A DNA stretch of 64,000 nt from positions 1,856,001 to 1,920,000 of the forward strand of contig OZ244999.1 in assembly GCA_965223265.1 (NCBI GenBank), read 5' to 3'. Positions 1-8,708 of this stretch are shown one piece after another (positions within the stretch are counted from its first letter, which is position 1; each line of letters opens with the position of its first letter). The position numbers and the translations under genes are program-made. Under the pieces are notes generated by a model. That model was given only the letters and a program-made list of their open reading frames with translations, did not search any database and was not told the DNA's origin. Source of the stretch: Planctomycetota bacterium. Its GTDB lineage: Bacteria > Planctomycetota > UBA8108 > SXIK01.

Positions 1-16
1 GCGCGCGCTCGGTTTC

Positions 17-45
17 TTGTCCTCGGGGGCGCATTGTCCTATCAT
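17..45 (+). promoter_or_regulatory. Putative sigma70 promoter
   Basis: TTGTCC (17-22) and TATCAT (40-45) with a 17-nt spacer; it points into a hairpin-rich region that ends in an intrinsic terminator. Confidence 0.55.
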
Positions 46-204
46 CGGGAGTCAACGATCCGGTTGGAGGCGCACGCACGCCTCCGGCGTCGCGTCGAAC
101 GTGAGATGTGGCGCGATCGGGCCCGCGCTGCAGCATACGGCGACTGCAGCGCGGCGGCGGTGATCTGGAACCGCTCTTGCACACGCCGCGAAAGGAGGTG
201 GTCC

Positions 205-249
205 TTGTCACAAGACTTGACGGTGATTCGCGAGGTGGTGACCTCCTGA
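205..249 (+). CDS. Putative 14-aa small peptide MSQDLTVIREVVTS
   Basis: Very strong SD AAAGGAGGTG (191-200), TTG start 6 nt after AGGAGG, TGA at 247-249. Confidence 0.35.
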   Translation: MSQDLTVIREVVTS

Positions 250-356
250 TTTGACACGAAATCTTTCGGTGTCATCCCCCTGAAGGTCGTTGGACCTCAG
301 ATAGCCCTCGGACGGGCTATCTGCTTTCTCTGCTCAGGAGGAACCAGGCACCACCG

Positions 357-410
357 AAGCCCCGATGGACCGTGCCATCACCGGCGGAGACCCATCGGGG
401 CTTTTTTTTT
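357..410 (+). terminator. Rho-independent terminator
   Basis: AAGCCCCGATGG (357-368) pairs with CCATCGGGGCTT (392-403); T9 run at 402-410. Confidence 0.75.
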
Positions 411-520
411 GCCCTGACGATAGCGACTCTCGCCGCAGGCCACGACTCTCAGGCGTGGGGAGGCAGTCGCTCCTGACTGACGCGCAGCGCGCACGACCGA
501 TCGCTGGGCTCGTCCTCGTC

Positions 521-757
521 TTAGAATAACGTATACATAAACGATCCGAGCGGCGTGCTGTGAAGAATGATGAGTAGTCCAAGGAGAAGCAGCACGATGA
601 CGATGGGGGCTAACCACCACCTCTTGTTGGTGATGAGAAAGTCGTAGAACTCCGCGACGATGCCTACCGACTCCGCCTCGGCCTGGCGGGCGAATTCGTC
701 CGCGCTGGACGAAGCGTTCGGCTGTTGGTTTTGGCGGGTTGAGTCGTCCGATTTCAT
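521..757 (-). CDS. DUF5989 (SxtK-like) small membrane protein
   Basis: NKRWWLAPIVIVLLLLG...FMYTLF signature; follows the carbamoyltransferase and SxtJ-like genes. Confidence 0.85.
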   Translation of the reverse strand: MKSDDSTRQNQQPNASSSADEFARQAEAESVGIVAEFYDFLITNKRWWLAPIVIVLLLLGLLIILHSTPLGSFMYTLF

Positions 758-776
758 TTAGGTGCCAGCGGGGGTA

Positions 777-1181
777 TCAGAATTGCTTGAAGTATCGCGA
801 CTTGCTTGCGGCGGCCGCGCGTGGCGTCCAATAGGAGTCTTCCCCAGTCATGCCTCTGTGCAGCGGATCTCGTCCACAGAGGCGCATCAAAAAGCCAACG
901 GGCACGACGACGAGGTAGAACACAGAGCCAAGCAGGACCTGTGTCAGCGTCCAGCCGATGGGGAACGTCAAGTAGGTCCAGCCAAGGTAGATCGGGCGCC
1001 GTAGGGGCGGGACAAATGCAAAGAGGGGCGCCACAACCGCAGCGCTGGTCCAAGCGACCTTGCCCGCTGTCGCGTTCACCTGCCAGTAGAGCACGGCGCC
1101 AAGTGCGGCAAAGAACACGACGAAGGCGATGCCGAATAGTCGCAGCTCCCTCGGTGACGGGTTCTTGTTGATCTCGATCAT
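777..1181 (-). CDS. SxtJ-family membrane protein
   Basis: RELRLFG, hydrophobic helices, G-x-D-P-L and C-terminal SYW...YFKQF pattern. Confidence 0.85.
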   Translation of the reverse strand: MIEINKNPSPRELRLFGIAFVVFFAALGAVLYWQVNATAGKVAWTSAAVVAPLFAFVPPLRRPIYLGWTYLTFPIGWTLTQVLLGSVFYLVVVPVGFLMRLCGRDPLHRGMTGEDSYWTPRAAAASKSRYFKQF

Positions 1182-1193
1182 AGCAGGATTTCT

Positions 1194-3032
1194 TCAATCA
1201 AGAGAGAACTGAGCTAGATAGGCGTCCGTGTCGATGGGGGGCGCGTTTTTCTGTTCCGTTTTGAGAACAAGGCAGCGCTCCAGCACGAGGGCGTCCATGT
1301 TTGTCGCCATGAAGCAATGATAGGCCTCTTCAGGGGTGCAGACAATCGGTTCGCCGCGGACGTTGAAGCTCGTGTTGATGAGAACAGGGCAGTTTGTCCT
1401 TTTTTCGAAGCTTTTGAGAAGGCGGTAGTAGCGTCCATGCCGGCGTTTATCCACGGTCTGAACGCGTGCGGAGTAGTCGACATGCGTTGTCGCTGGGATC
1501 TCGGATCTGCTGACGTGGAGACGGTCGAACCCACTTGGCTGTTGTGTCCCGTCGACGCACTCTGTTCGTTTGGCATTGCTCACCGCTGCGACAAGGAGCA
1601 TGTATGGACTCTCGCTCGCCTCGGGTAGGTCGAAGAATTCGCCGGCACGCTCGGCAAGCACCGACGGCGCGAACGGACGAAACGACTCGCGGAATTTGAT
1701 CTTCCGGTTCATCACAGACTGCATCTTCGCGCTGCGTGCGTCACCCAAGATGCTCCGTCCCCCGAGCGCTCGCGGGCCAAACTCCATGCGCCCTTGCATC
1801 CAGCCGACGACGCTCTCGTCGGCGAGCAGCTCTGCCACGCGGTCGCAGAGGGACTCGTCGTCGTCAAAGCAGTGGTACTCCGCGCCAGCCTTGTCTAGGA
1901 AGCGCTTCACCGTGGCATCATCGAATCCGGGACCGAGATAGGATCCCTGCTGCGCGTCGCCGACTTGGAGGACTCGCGGTTGGTCGAGTAGTTGATGCCA
2001 GATGAACAGCGCAACACCAAGTGCACCGCCTGCGTCACCCGCAGCAGGTTGAATCCAGATGTCGTCCAAGTCGAGCTCGTCCAGCAGACGGCCGTTGCCA
2101 ACGCAGTTGAGTGCCACGCCGCCAGCAAGACAGAGTCGCTTCATGCCTGTCTCTGCGAGTACGTGGCGCGCCGCTCGCAGCATGATTTCTTCGGTGACTT
2201 TTTGGATCGACGCCGCGATGTCCATATCGCGCTGCGTGATCGCGGACTCCGGCTTTCGCGGCGGGCCACCGAAGAGGCGATGGAATTTGCGGCTCGTCAT
2301 CGTCAACCCTTGACAGTAGTTGAAGTATGACATGTCCATGTGCAGCGATCCGTCCGGCTTCAAGTCGATCAGCTTTTCGAGGATAAGTTCGGCGTATCTG
2401 GGTTCTCCATAGGGCGCTAGGCCCATGAGCTTGTACTCCCCTGAGTTCACCTTGAAGCCGGTGTAGGCTGTGAACGCCGAGTAGAGGAGACCTACCGAGT
2501 GGGGAAACCTGAGTTCGTGCGTCAGGTGGATACTATGCCCGCGGCCGATGCCATAGCTCGCGGTGGCCCATTCGCCGACACCGTCGAGTGTCAAAATCGC
2601 AGCCTCCTCGAACGGTGATGGAAAGAAAGCGCTCGCCGCGTGAGATTCGTGGTGCTCGGCGAAGACGTAGCGTTTCTTGAACCCACCGCCGAGCCCCTTC
2701 CTCAGTTCTCGCGGCAGATGGAGCTTTTGTTTCAACCACAGCGGCATGGCGCGGCGAAACGAGCGCCAACCGACGGGAACGAATGACAGGTAGGTCTCGA
2801 GCAGGCGCTCGAACTTTAGAAACGGTTTGTCGTAAAAACCGACGTAGTCGAGATCCTGTGCTTCCAGACCGGCTTCGCCGAGACAGTAGGAGATGGCTTC
2901 GACGGGGAATCTGTGGTCGTGTTTGGTACGCGAAAAACGCTCTTCTTGCGCCGCAGCGACGATCTCACCGTCGACGATCAGCGCCGCGGCGGAGTCGTGA
3001 TAGAACGCAGAAATACCTAGAATTGCACTCAT
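1194..3032 (-). CDS. O-carbamoyltransferase (NodU/CmcH family)
   Basis: ILGISAFYHDSAA, EERF, HHESHAASAF, GEYKLMGLAPYG, EFGPRALG, KFRESFRPFAP and NTSFNVRGEP motifs; start placed at MSAILG. Confidence 0.95.
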   Translation of the reverse strand: MSAILGISAFYHDSAAALIVDGEIVAAAQEERFSRTKHDHRFPVEAISYCLGEAGLEAQDLDYVGFYDKPFLKFERLLETYLSFVPVGWRSFRRAMPLWLKQKLHLPRELRKGLGGGFKKRYVFAEHHESHAASAFFPSPFEEAAILTLDGVGEWATASYGIGRGHSIHLTHELRFPHSVGLLYSAFTAYTGFKVNSGEYKLMGLAPYGEPRYAELILEKLIDLKPDGSLHMDMSYFNYCQGLTMTSRKFHRLFGGPPRKPESAITQRDMDIAASIQKVTEEIMLRAARHVLAETGMKRLCLAGGVALNCVGNGRLLDELDLDDIWIQPAAGDAGGALGVALFIWHQLLDQPRVLQVGDAQQGSYLGPGFDDATVKRFLDKAGAEYHCFDDDESLCDRVAELLADESVVGWMQGRMEFGPRALGGRSILGDARSAKMQSVMNRKIKFRESFRPFAPSVLAERAGEFFDLPEASESPYMLLVAAVSNAKRTECVDGTQQPSGFDRLHVSRSEIPATTHVDYSARVQTVDKRRHGRYYRLLKSFEKRTNCPVLINTSFNVRGEPIVCTPEEAYHCFMATNMDALVLERCLVLKTEQKNAPPIDTDAYLAQFSLD

Positions 3033-3086
3033 GTGGGAGAGGCATCTCGCAGGGTGTGATCGGCGCGAGGTCGCGGACTCGTTCCA

Positions 3087-3248
3087 ACAGCCCGTTGAAA
3101 AAGTCATTCGGCCGAGGAAACTGGTCTCTTCACGCCCAGCTCGACCGCGTCAATACTCGAAAATCCCGAAGATTGCCTGCGTTTGCCGCGGCCGATCTGG
3201 ACGCGAAGAGACCAGTTTTCGGCTCGAAGCACTTTTTCAACGGGCTGT
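3087..3248. repeat. Family A palindromic MITE-like element, complete copy
   Basis: Terminal inverted repeats ACAGCCCGTTGAAAAAGT...ACTTTTTCAACGGGCTGT with internal self-complementarity; further copies occur in this window. Confidence 0.85.
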
Positions 3249-3402
3249 CAAGCTTACTGTCGCGGCGGCGCCGGTCGCAAGCGGGCAGCTTACATGGTTC
3301 GGCGACGAGGGCGTGTCGCTGGCTCGGAGCGGCGAAAGAGCCGCTTGTGACCAGCCTTCAGCTCGGCGATGATGGCGAACGGTCCATGGTGGGCCTTCGC
3401 TC

Positions 3403-4272
3403 TTGATCAAACGCCTGACGAAAGGGTTTCTCATGCCGCGACCGCTTCACGAATCGAGCGCCGATGGGTGCGAGGCCTGCGACGAACGTGGCGACAAGAG
3501 TTGTGTGACGCGGCGGGAATTCGCCCAGTCTGCGGCCCGGTCGATTCTCACTTTGACTCTGTTTGAGACGCTGTGCCAATACGACGCTTTCGGTGTCCGT
3601 CGAAGTGTCCTTGGCGCATCTGGGCAGACCCTCGGCATCGACTGCGTCAGGGAGCTGGACGCGATGAGCCGCGACGTGAAAGCAGATCGCATCAAGCAAA
3701 CCGAGTGGCAAAAGAAGGCGCAGGAAGTGCTGGCGCGGGTCGATTTGCGAGACCTCCTGCGTTGTGTCGACTTCGAGCAGCTACGTCGCCGTGTCAAGTT
3801 GAAGGAGCGCGGGGCGCGTAGCCTACGGTTTGAGCTTCGGGGGATCGACGAGCCGGAAAGAAAGCTCGCGTTCGGGCGACAGATTTTCGCACTCAAGAAG
3901 GGGCGGTCCGTCGTCCCACATGGCCACAACAACATGGCGACGGCGTTCTTGGTTCTCGAGGGTGAGCTGCATGGCCGGCACTATGATCGAGTCGTCGACG
4001 AAGACGCCTCTGTCTTGATTCGGCCCACCATAGACCGCAAGTTCGGCCCCGGGCAGTACTCCACGGTCTCTGACTACCGAGACAACGTCCACTGGTTCAA
4101 GGCGACGAGCGACCGAGCTTTCATCTTTAACATTCATGTCCTCGGCGTCGATCCGGACGACAACAAAGACACCAGGCGAGTCTATCTCGACCCAGCCGGG
4201 GAGAAGGTGCGCGACGGTCTCATTCGTGCGCGCCGCATCAACTATCGCGAGGCGCACGCTCTCTACGGCTGA
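3403..4272 (+). CDS. Cupin-fold (cysteine-dioxygenase-like) protein, possibly Tat-exported; start uncertain
   Basis: TRREF twin-arginine-like motif; PHGHNNM...LEGE and NVHWF cupin-type His motifs. Confidence 0.6.
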   Translation: MIKRLTKGFLMPRPLHESSADGCEACDERGDKSCVTRREFAQSAARSILTLTLFETLCQYDAFGVRRSVLGASGQTLGIDCVRELDAMSRDVKADRIKQTEWQKKAQEVLARVDLRDLLRCVDFEQLRRRVKLKERGARSLRFELRGIDEPERKLAFGRQIFALKKGRSVVPHGHNNMATAFLVLEGELHGRHYDRVVDEDASVLIRPTIDRKFGPGQYSTVSDYRDNVHWFKATSDRAFIFNIHVLGVDPDDNKDTRRVYLDPAGEKVRDGLIRARRINYREAHALYG

Positions 4273-4289
4273 GGGCCGCGAGTTCCGAT

Positions 4290-5342
4290 TCAGCAAGCGT
4301 TTTGCTGACGCCAGATCTCCAATTGTGGCGCCAGAGAGTCGGGGCTTGCCGTGCCGGTCGTGCCGATCTGCTGCACGGTCAACGAGGCGACGAGGTTGCC
4401 AACAACCGCTGCCTCCGGGAGCGTCGCGCCGCAGGAGAGCGCGAGCACCGTTCCGGCGGTAGCGCTGTCGCCCGCTCCCGTTGGGTCAATCTCGCCGTCG
4501 ACTCGGACACCCGGCACGCGTGTCCAATCGGGGTCGCTAACGATCATGCCGTCAGCGCCGAGGGTGACAACGATGGGGGCCTCGTTGCGTTCCCGTAGGG
4601 CGCGGGCCGCACCTTCGATGTCTGAACCTGAGACCGCCGATCCCGGCGTGGGATTCTCTTCCCCGACAACTTCGAACTCATTCGGCTTGACGATCACTCG
4701 GTGATATTCACCGATGCGTCTCCGGCTGTCGGCCCAAAAAATCACGCCCGGAGATCGTTTGGCATGGGCGATCACAGCGTCGCGGACAGCCGCTGTCATC
4801 GCGCCGCAGTCTCGCTCCTCGACTTGATCCATAACGACAAGAGCGTCGATGTTGCTGATCAGGTCTGTGAGGGAGGTGATGATCTTCTCAGCAATTTCCG
4901 GCGGAGTGGCGGTCCGATTCTTGGTGTCGTAGCGCGAATGCTCTGCCGCCAAGGTCGGGTCGCCCAGGTTACGGGGCTTGAGATAGGTCGGCGTGTGGCG
5001 CGCGGCGGCGACGTGAAGGTGGTCAGTCGAGCATCCGACGCGCGCCAGAGCCTGTCGCAGGTCGAACCCCTCGCCGTCGTCACCGCTGAAGCCGACCGCG
5101 TGCAGCGTGCCGGCACGGAGCGCTGACAGATTCGACACGACCGTTCCGGCAGCGCCCGGGCTCGTCCGAACGTTGACGACCTGGTGGCATGGCTTCCCTG
5201 TCTCGACGCTCACCTCCTCAAGCTGGGTGTCGATCTCAAGATACTTGTCGAGGAAGAAGTCCCCGACGACGGCGATGCGTCGCGTCGGGAACTGAGCCAC
5301 GAGCTGTTCGAGACGCTCGTGCGAGAGAGCCGCTGTCTTCAT
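4290..5342 (-). CDS. PfkB-family carbohydrate kinase (HldE/RfaE kinase-domain-like)
   Basis: VVGDFFLD, PGAAG, KPNEFE, VTLGADG and DPTGAGDS motifs. Confidence 0.9.
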   Translation of the reverse strand: MKTAALSHERLEQLVAQFPTRRIAVVGDFFLDKYLEIDTQLEEVSVETGKPCHQVVNVRTSPGAAGTVVSNLSALRAGTLHAVGFSGDDGEGFDLRQALARVGCSTDHLHVAAARHTPTYLKPRNLGDPTLAAEHSRYDTKNRTATPPEIAEKIITSLTDLISNIDALVVMDQVEERDCGAMTAAVRDAVIAHAKRSPGVIFWADSRRRIGEYHRVIVKPNEFEVVGEENPTPGSAVSGSDIEGAARALRERNEAPIVVTLGADGMIVSDPDWTRVPGVRVDGEIDPTGAGDSATAGTVLALSCGATLPEAAVVGNLVASLTVQQIGTTGTASPDSLAPQLEIWRQQNAC

Positions 5343-5490
5343 CAGTGCTAGAGTCCCAGATTGGCTTTCGGTTGTGGTTCGTCGAGGGGGTTTCTTGTCG
5401 CCGAGGACGCGGCCGATTTCAAGCACCTGCCCTCTCCGAAGATCGTCTTCGCACCATGGGCCTGAGGCCCTAAGTCATTACTAAAGAATT

Positions 5491-5534
5491 GGTTACAATC
5501 CAACCGCAGCTTCTTAACATATTCTTCACAAATT
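5491..5534 (+). promoter_or_regulatory. Putative Pho-box-like 11-bp-period direct repeats
   Basis: CTTAACATATT (5513-5523), CTTCACAAATT (5524-5534) and in-phase GGTTACAATCC (5491-5501) lie in an AT-rich patch upstream of a Na/Pi transporter. Confidence 0.45.
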
Positions 5535-5651
5535 ACCTTTGCCCAGCGGAGGGGTTTTTGTAAGCTCGCGTCGACTGCCGTCGACTCAGGGTAGCGCGTG
5601 TTCGACACCTGTACCGCGGCGGGATCGAATGACCCCCGGAGGTACGGGTTC

Positions 5652-7349
5652 ATGGATGTGCAAGTGGCGACGATGATCTTTACGGTCGTCGGCGGACTCG
5701 GGATCTTTCTCCTCGGCATGCGCAACATGTCCGACGGCCTGCAGAATATCGCCGGGCCATCGCTGCGCCGTATGATCAGCCTGGTGACGGACAATCGCCT
5801 CATGGCGGTCGGGGTTGGGACCATGGTGACGTGCTTGGTGCAGTCGAGCTCCATCACGACCGTCATGGCGGTGGGTTTCGTCAACAGCGAGATCATGGCT
5901 CTCCAGCAAGCGATGGGAGTCATCCTTGGGGCCAACATCGGCACCACGATCACTGGTTGGATTCTCGTCCTCAAAATCGGTAAGTACGGCCTGCCGATTT
6001 TGGGAGCCGCCGCGTTTTTCGTTCTCTTCAGCCGGCGCGAGAAGGTTCGTTACTTCGCCATGGCGTTCATGGGCATCGGCATGGTCTTCTTCGGCCTCGA
6101 GCTCATGAAGGATGGGTTCAAGCCGATCCGCGGCATGCCGGCATTCGAGGCATGGTTTCATCAGTTCTCCGCCGACAGCTATTTGGGTGTCTTGCAGTGC
6201 GCTCTCGTCGGGTGTGTTCTGACGGTTATCGTGCAGTCATCGTCGGCAACGCTTGGGATCACCATAGCGCTTGCTTTCAGCGGAGTGCTCACGTTCGAAA
6301 CCGCAGCGGCACTCGTTCTCGGGGAGAACATCGGCACAACGATCACCGCTTTTCTCGCCTCCATCGGCGCTACCGCCAATGCGCGCCGTTCTGCGTACTT
6401 CCACGTCATATTCAACTTAATCGGAGTGTTTTGGATCACTGCGGTGTTCTCGCTTTACCTCCCCATCATCCGTCTCATCGTTAGCGTCGTCAGTGGAATT
6501 GACGATATCGGTCAGATGGTCCTCAACGACCAAGGAGAAGAATCGTACCCGCACACGACGATGGGGATTGCCACGGTGCACACCGTCTTCAACGTCATCA
6601 ACGTCTGTCTATTTCTGCCGTTTCTCTCCTACTTCGCCACCTTCCTTGAACGACGTGTGCAAGACACGGTGAGGAAGGAGAAGAGACAACTCACGCATCT
6701 GGATTTCCAGATGTACGACACCCCGTTCGCAGCGATCGAGCAGAGCCGCGTTGAGCTGGTGAAAATGCGCGGCGCAGCCCGTGAAATGCTTGACGATCTG
6801 GCGATCTCGGTAAAGGATCCGTCTGACACCGCGGCATCGGCAAAGGTCTTTAACGCCGAAGAACGTCTCGACGTGGTGCAGAAGGAGGTCACCATGTTCC
6901 TGACTGAAGTCCTTGGGGAGCACATAGGCCATGAGCTCGCGGAGGACGCGAAGGAGCAGATTCGGCTTTCGGACGAGTACGAGTCGGTGAGCGACTATGT
7001 GACCCAGATCCTCAAGCTCCACCTGCGGCTCCGAGATGCGAATCTGGGATTCGACGATACGCAGCAGACCGAGATTGCCAAACTTCACGAGGACGTCGCC
7101 GCATTCTTCGATCAGGTGACCAGGAACGGCGCGAACGACGCATCGAGGGCGGCGCTCGAGGCTGCCATCGCTGCGGCCGAGAAGATCGATGACCACGTCC
7201 GCCGGCTTCGCTCGCTCCACTGGGACCGCTTGTCGCAGGCCGAGTCCGTACCGCTCATCAGCACAACTTACTCGGATGTGATTCATTCCTACCGGAAGGT
7301 CAAGGAGCACCTCGTCAATGTCGCCGAGGTTCGGGCAGGGCTCAAATAG
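5652..7349 (+). CDS. Na+/Pi cotransporter family protein with C-terminal PhoU-like domain
   Basis: Two QSSS...G(A/E)NIGTTIT repeats, many TM segments and a helical soluble C-terminus. Confidence 0.93.
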   Translation: MDVQVATMIFTVVGGLGIFLLGMRNMSDGLQNIAGPSLRRMISLVTDNRLMAVGVGTMVTCLVQSSSITTVMAVGFVNSEIMALQQAMGVILGANIGTTITGWILVLKIGKYGLPILGAAAFFVLFSRREKVRYFAMAFMGIGMVFFGLELMKDGFKPIRGMPAFEAWFHQFSADSYLGVLQCALVGCVLTVIVQSSSATLGITIALAFSGVLTFETAAALVLGENIGTTITAFLASIGATANARRSAYFHVIFNLIGVFWITAVFSLYLPIIRLIVSVVSGIDDIGQMVLNDQGEESYPHTTMGIATVHTVFNVINVCLFLPFLSYFATFLERRVQDTVRKEKRQLTHLDFQMYDTPFAAIEQSRVELVKMRGAAREMLDDLAISVKDPSDTAASAKVFNAEERLDVVQKEVTMFLTEVLGEHIGHELAEDAKEQIRLSDEYESVSDYVTQILKLHLRLRDANLGFDDTQQTEIAKLHEDVAAFFDQVTRNGANDASRAALEAAIAAAEKIDDHVRRLRSLHWDRLSQAESVPLISTTYSDVIHSYRKVKEHLVNVAEVRAGLK

Positions 7350-7580
7350 GCGTTTCACGCCGTCGCTCCAGGAGTCGTGGAGACACGCCGTCGGGTGACC
7401 AAGGTGCTGTTTTTTGCGGCAGATGCACGTCGTCGTTTGACGATTGAAGCCGTAGGCAGAAACCGCGACAATTGTCCCGGACGCCACGTTTCGGCCGCTT
7501 TTCGCTGGCGAGATCCGCACCGGGCATCCGCGTCAGCCTACGAGGCTGATTGATTCGCGTGCCTTGGCTCCGAGGAAACC

Positions 7581-8705
7581 ATGGACAAGATCACGTTCTC
7601 TCCTAGCCCGAAGCCAACGCTCGGAGTTGAGCTCGAGTTGGCACTCGTGGACGCCGAGTCCATGGCTCTGTCGAGCTCGATCGAGGATGTCCTCGGACGT
7701 TTGCCGCCTGGATATGAAGCGAGCATCAAGCCAGAGCTCATGCAGTGCTACCTCGAAATCAACACCGACGTGTGTGACTCAGTCGCCGAGGTTGAGGTCG
7801 ATCTCCGCAGTAAGATCGAGATCGTCGAGGCCGTGACAGACGACCTCGGCCTGCGCCTGTACTGGACTGGAACCCATCCGTTTTCACTCTGGGAGGACCA
7901 AGAGGTCAGCCCCAGCGACCGATACGCCCGACTCCTGACGATCCTTCAAGATATGGGGCGCCAGCTCGTCACGTTCGGTCTCCACGTTCACGTTGGCGTC
8001 GGCTCAGGCGACAAGGCGATCATGATCTGTGACCGCATCATGCGTCATCTGCCGACGCTCTTGGCGCTCAGCTGCAACAGTCCGTGGTGGAACAACCGAG
8101 TCACTGGACTGAAATCGCACCGTTCGAAGATCATGGAGGCCTTGCCGACTGCGGGTCTGCCGACTCTGATGCGCAACTGGAGTGAGTACGTGTGGTTGAT
8201 CAATCACCTGGTCGAGACGGGGTTCATCAACACGATCCGTGAAATCTGGTGGGACGTGAGGCCGCACCACAACTTCGGTACCGTGGAGGTGCGCGTTTGT
8301 GACATGCCGGGGAATCTCGAGGAGACGTTGGCGATCGTGTCGCTCGCTCATGCGCTCGTCCAGGCTCTCTCCGACGACATCGATCGCGGCGCGTACCAGC
8401 ACGACTGCCACCCGATGATGGTGCGCCAAAACAAATGGCGCGCGGCGCGCTACGGGATCGATGCGCGGCTTGTCGATTCCTTCACGTTCGAGCGTTCCCC
8501 GGCACGCAACGTCGTCGAAAAGCTCGTCGACGAACTGCAGCCGACCGCTGCTCGCCTCGGCTCCCTTGAGTATCTGGAGACCGTACGCAACATGATCAAG
8601 GCGCCATGCGGGGCCGACCGCCAGCTGGAGATCCTCCGCAAGACTGGCGATCCGCGTGAGGTCGTGCGCCAGTTGACCGAAGCGTCGCGTCTGTCCAAGC
8701 GCTAG
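7581..8705 (+). CDS. YbdK-family carboxylate-amine ligase (glutamate-cysteine ligase 2)
   Basis: TLGVELE, FGLHVHVG, WWDVRP..FGTVEVRVCD and NKWRAARYG motifs. Confidence 0.92.
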   Translation: MDKITFSPSPKPTLGVELELALVDAESMALSSSIEDVLGRLPPGYEASIKPELMQCYLEINTDVCDSVAEVEVDLRSKIEIVEAVTDDLGLRLYWTGTHPFSLWEDQEVSPSDRYARLLTILQDMGRQLVTFGLHVHVGVGSGDKAIMICDRIMRHLPTLLALSCNSPWWNNRVTGLKSHRSKIMEALPTAGLPTLMRNWSEYVWLINHLVETGFINTIREIWWDVRPHHNFGTVEVRVCDMPGNLEETLAIVSLAHALVQALSDDIDRGAYQHDCHPMMVRQNKWRAARYGIDARLVDSFTFERSPARNVVEKLVDELQPTAARLGSLEYLETVRNMIKAPCGADRQLEILRKTGDPREVVRQLTEASRLSKR

Positions 8706-8708
8706 CCG

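Larger units (their letters stand above)
51..410 (+). ncRNA. Candidate structured small RNA or sORF-bearing transcript of unknown family
   Basis: Bounded by the promoter and terminator. Hairpins at 63-88, 123-154 (11-bp perfect stem), 252-274, 280-300 and 298-323. No convincing long ORF. Confidence 0.45.

Noticed and set aside
51-410. tmRNA, RNase P RNA or a 16S rRNA 3' fragment
   Set aside because: The size fits tmRNA, but there is no tRNA-like GGGG...CCA acceptor or T-arm, no Ala-ending tag and no RNase P conserved motifs. The 16S similarity is limited to 14 nt.
521-3032. Saxitoxin biosynthesis cluster
   Set aside because: Only sxtI/J/K-like genes are present; no sxtA, sxtG or other core genes are in the window, and this triplet is widespread.
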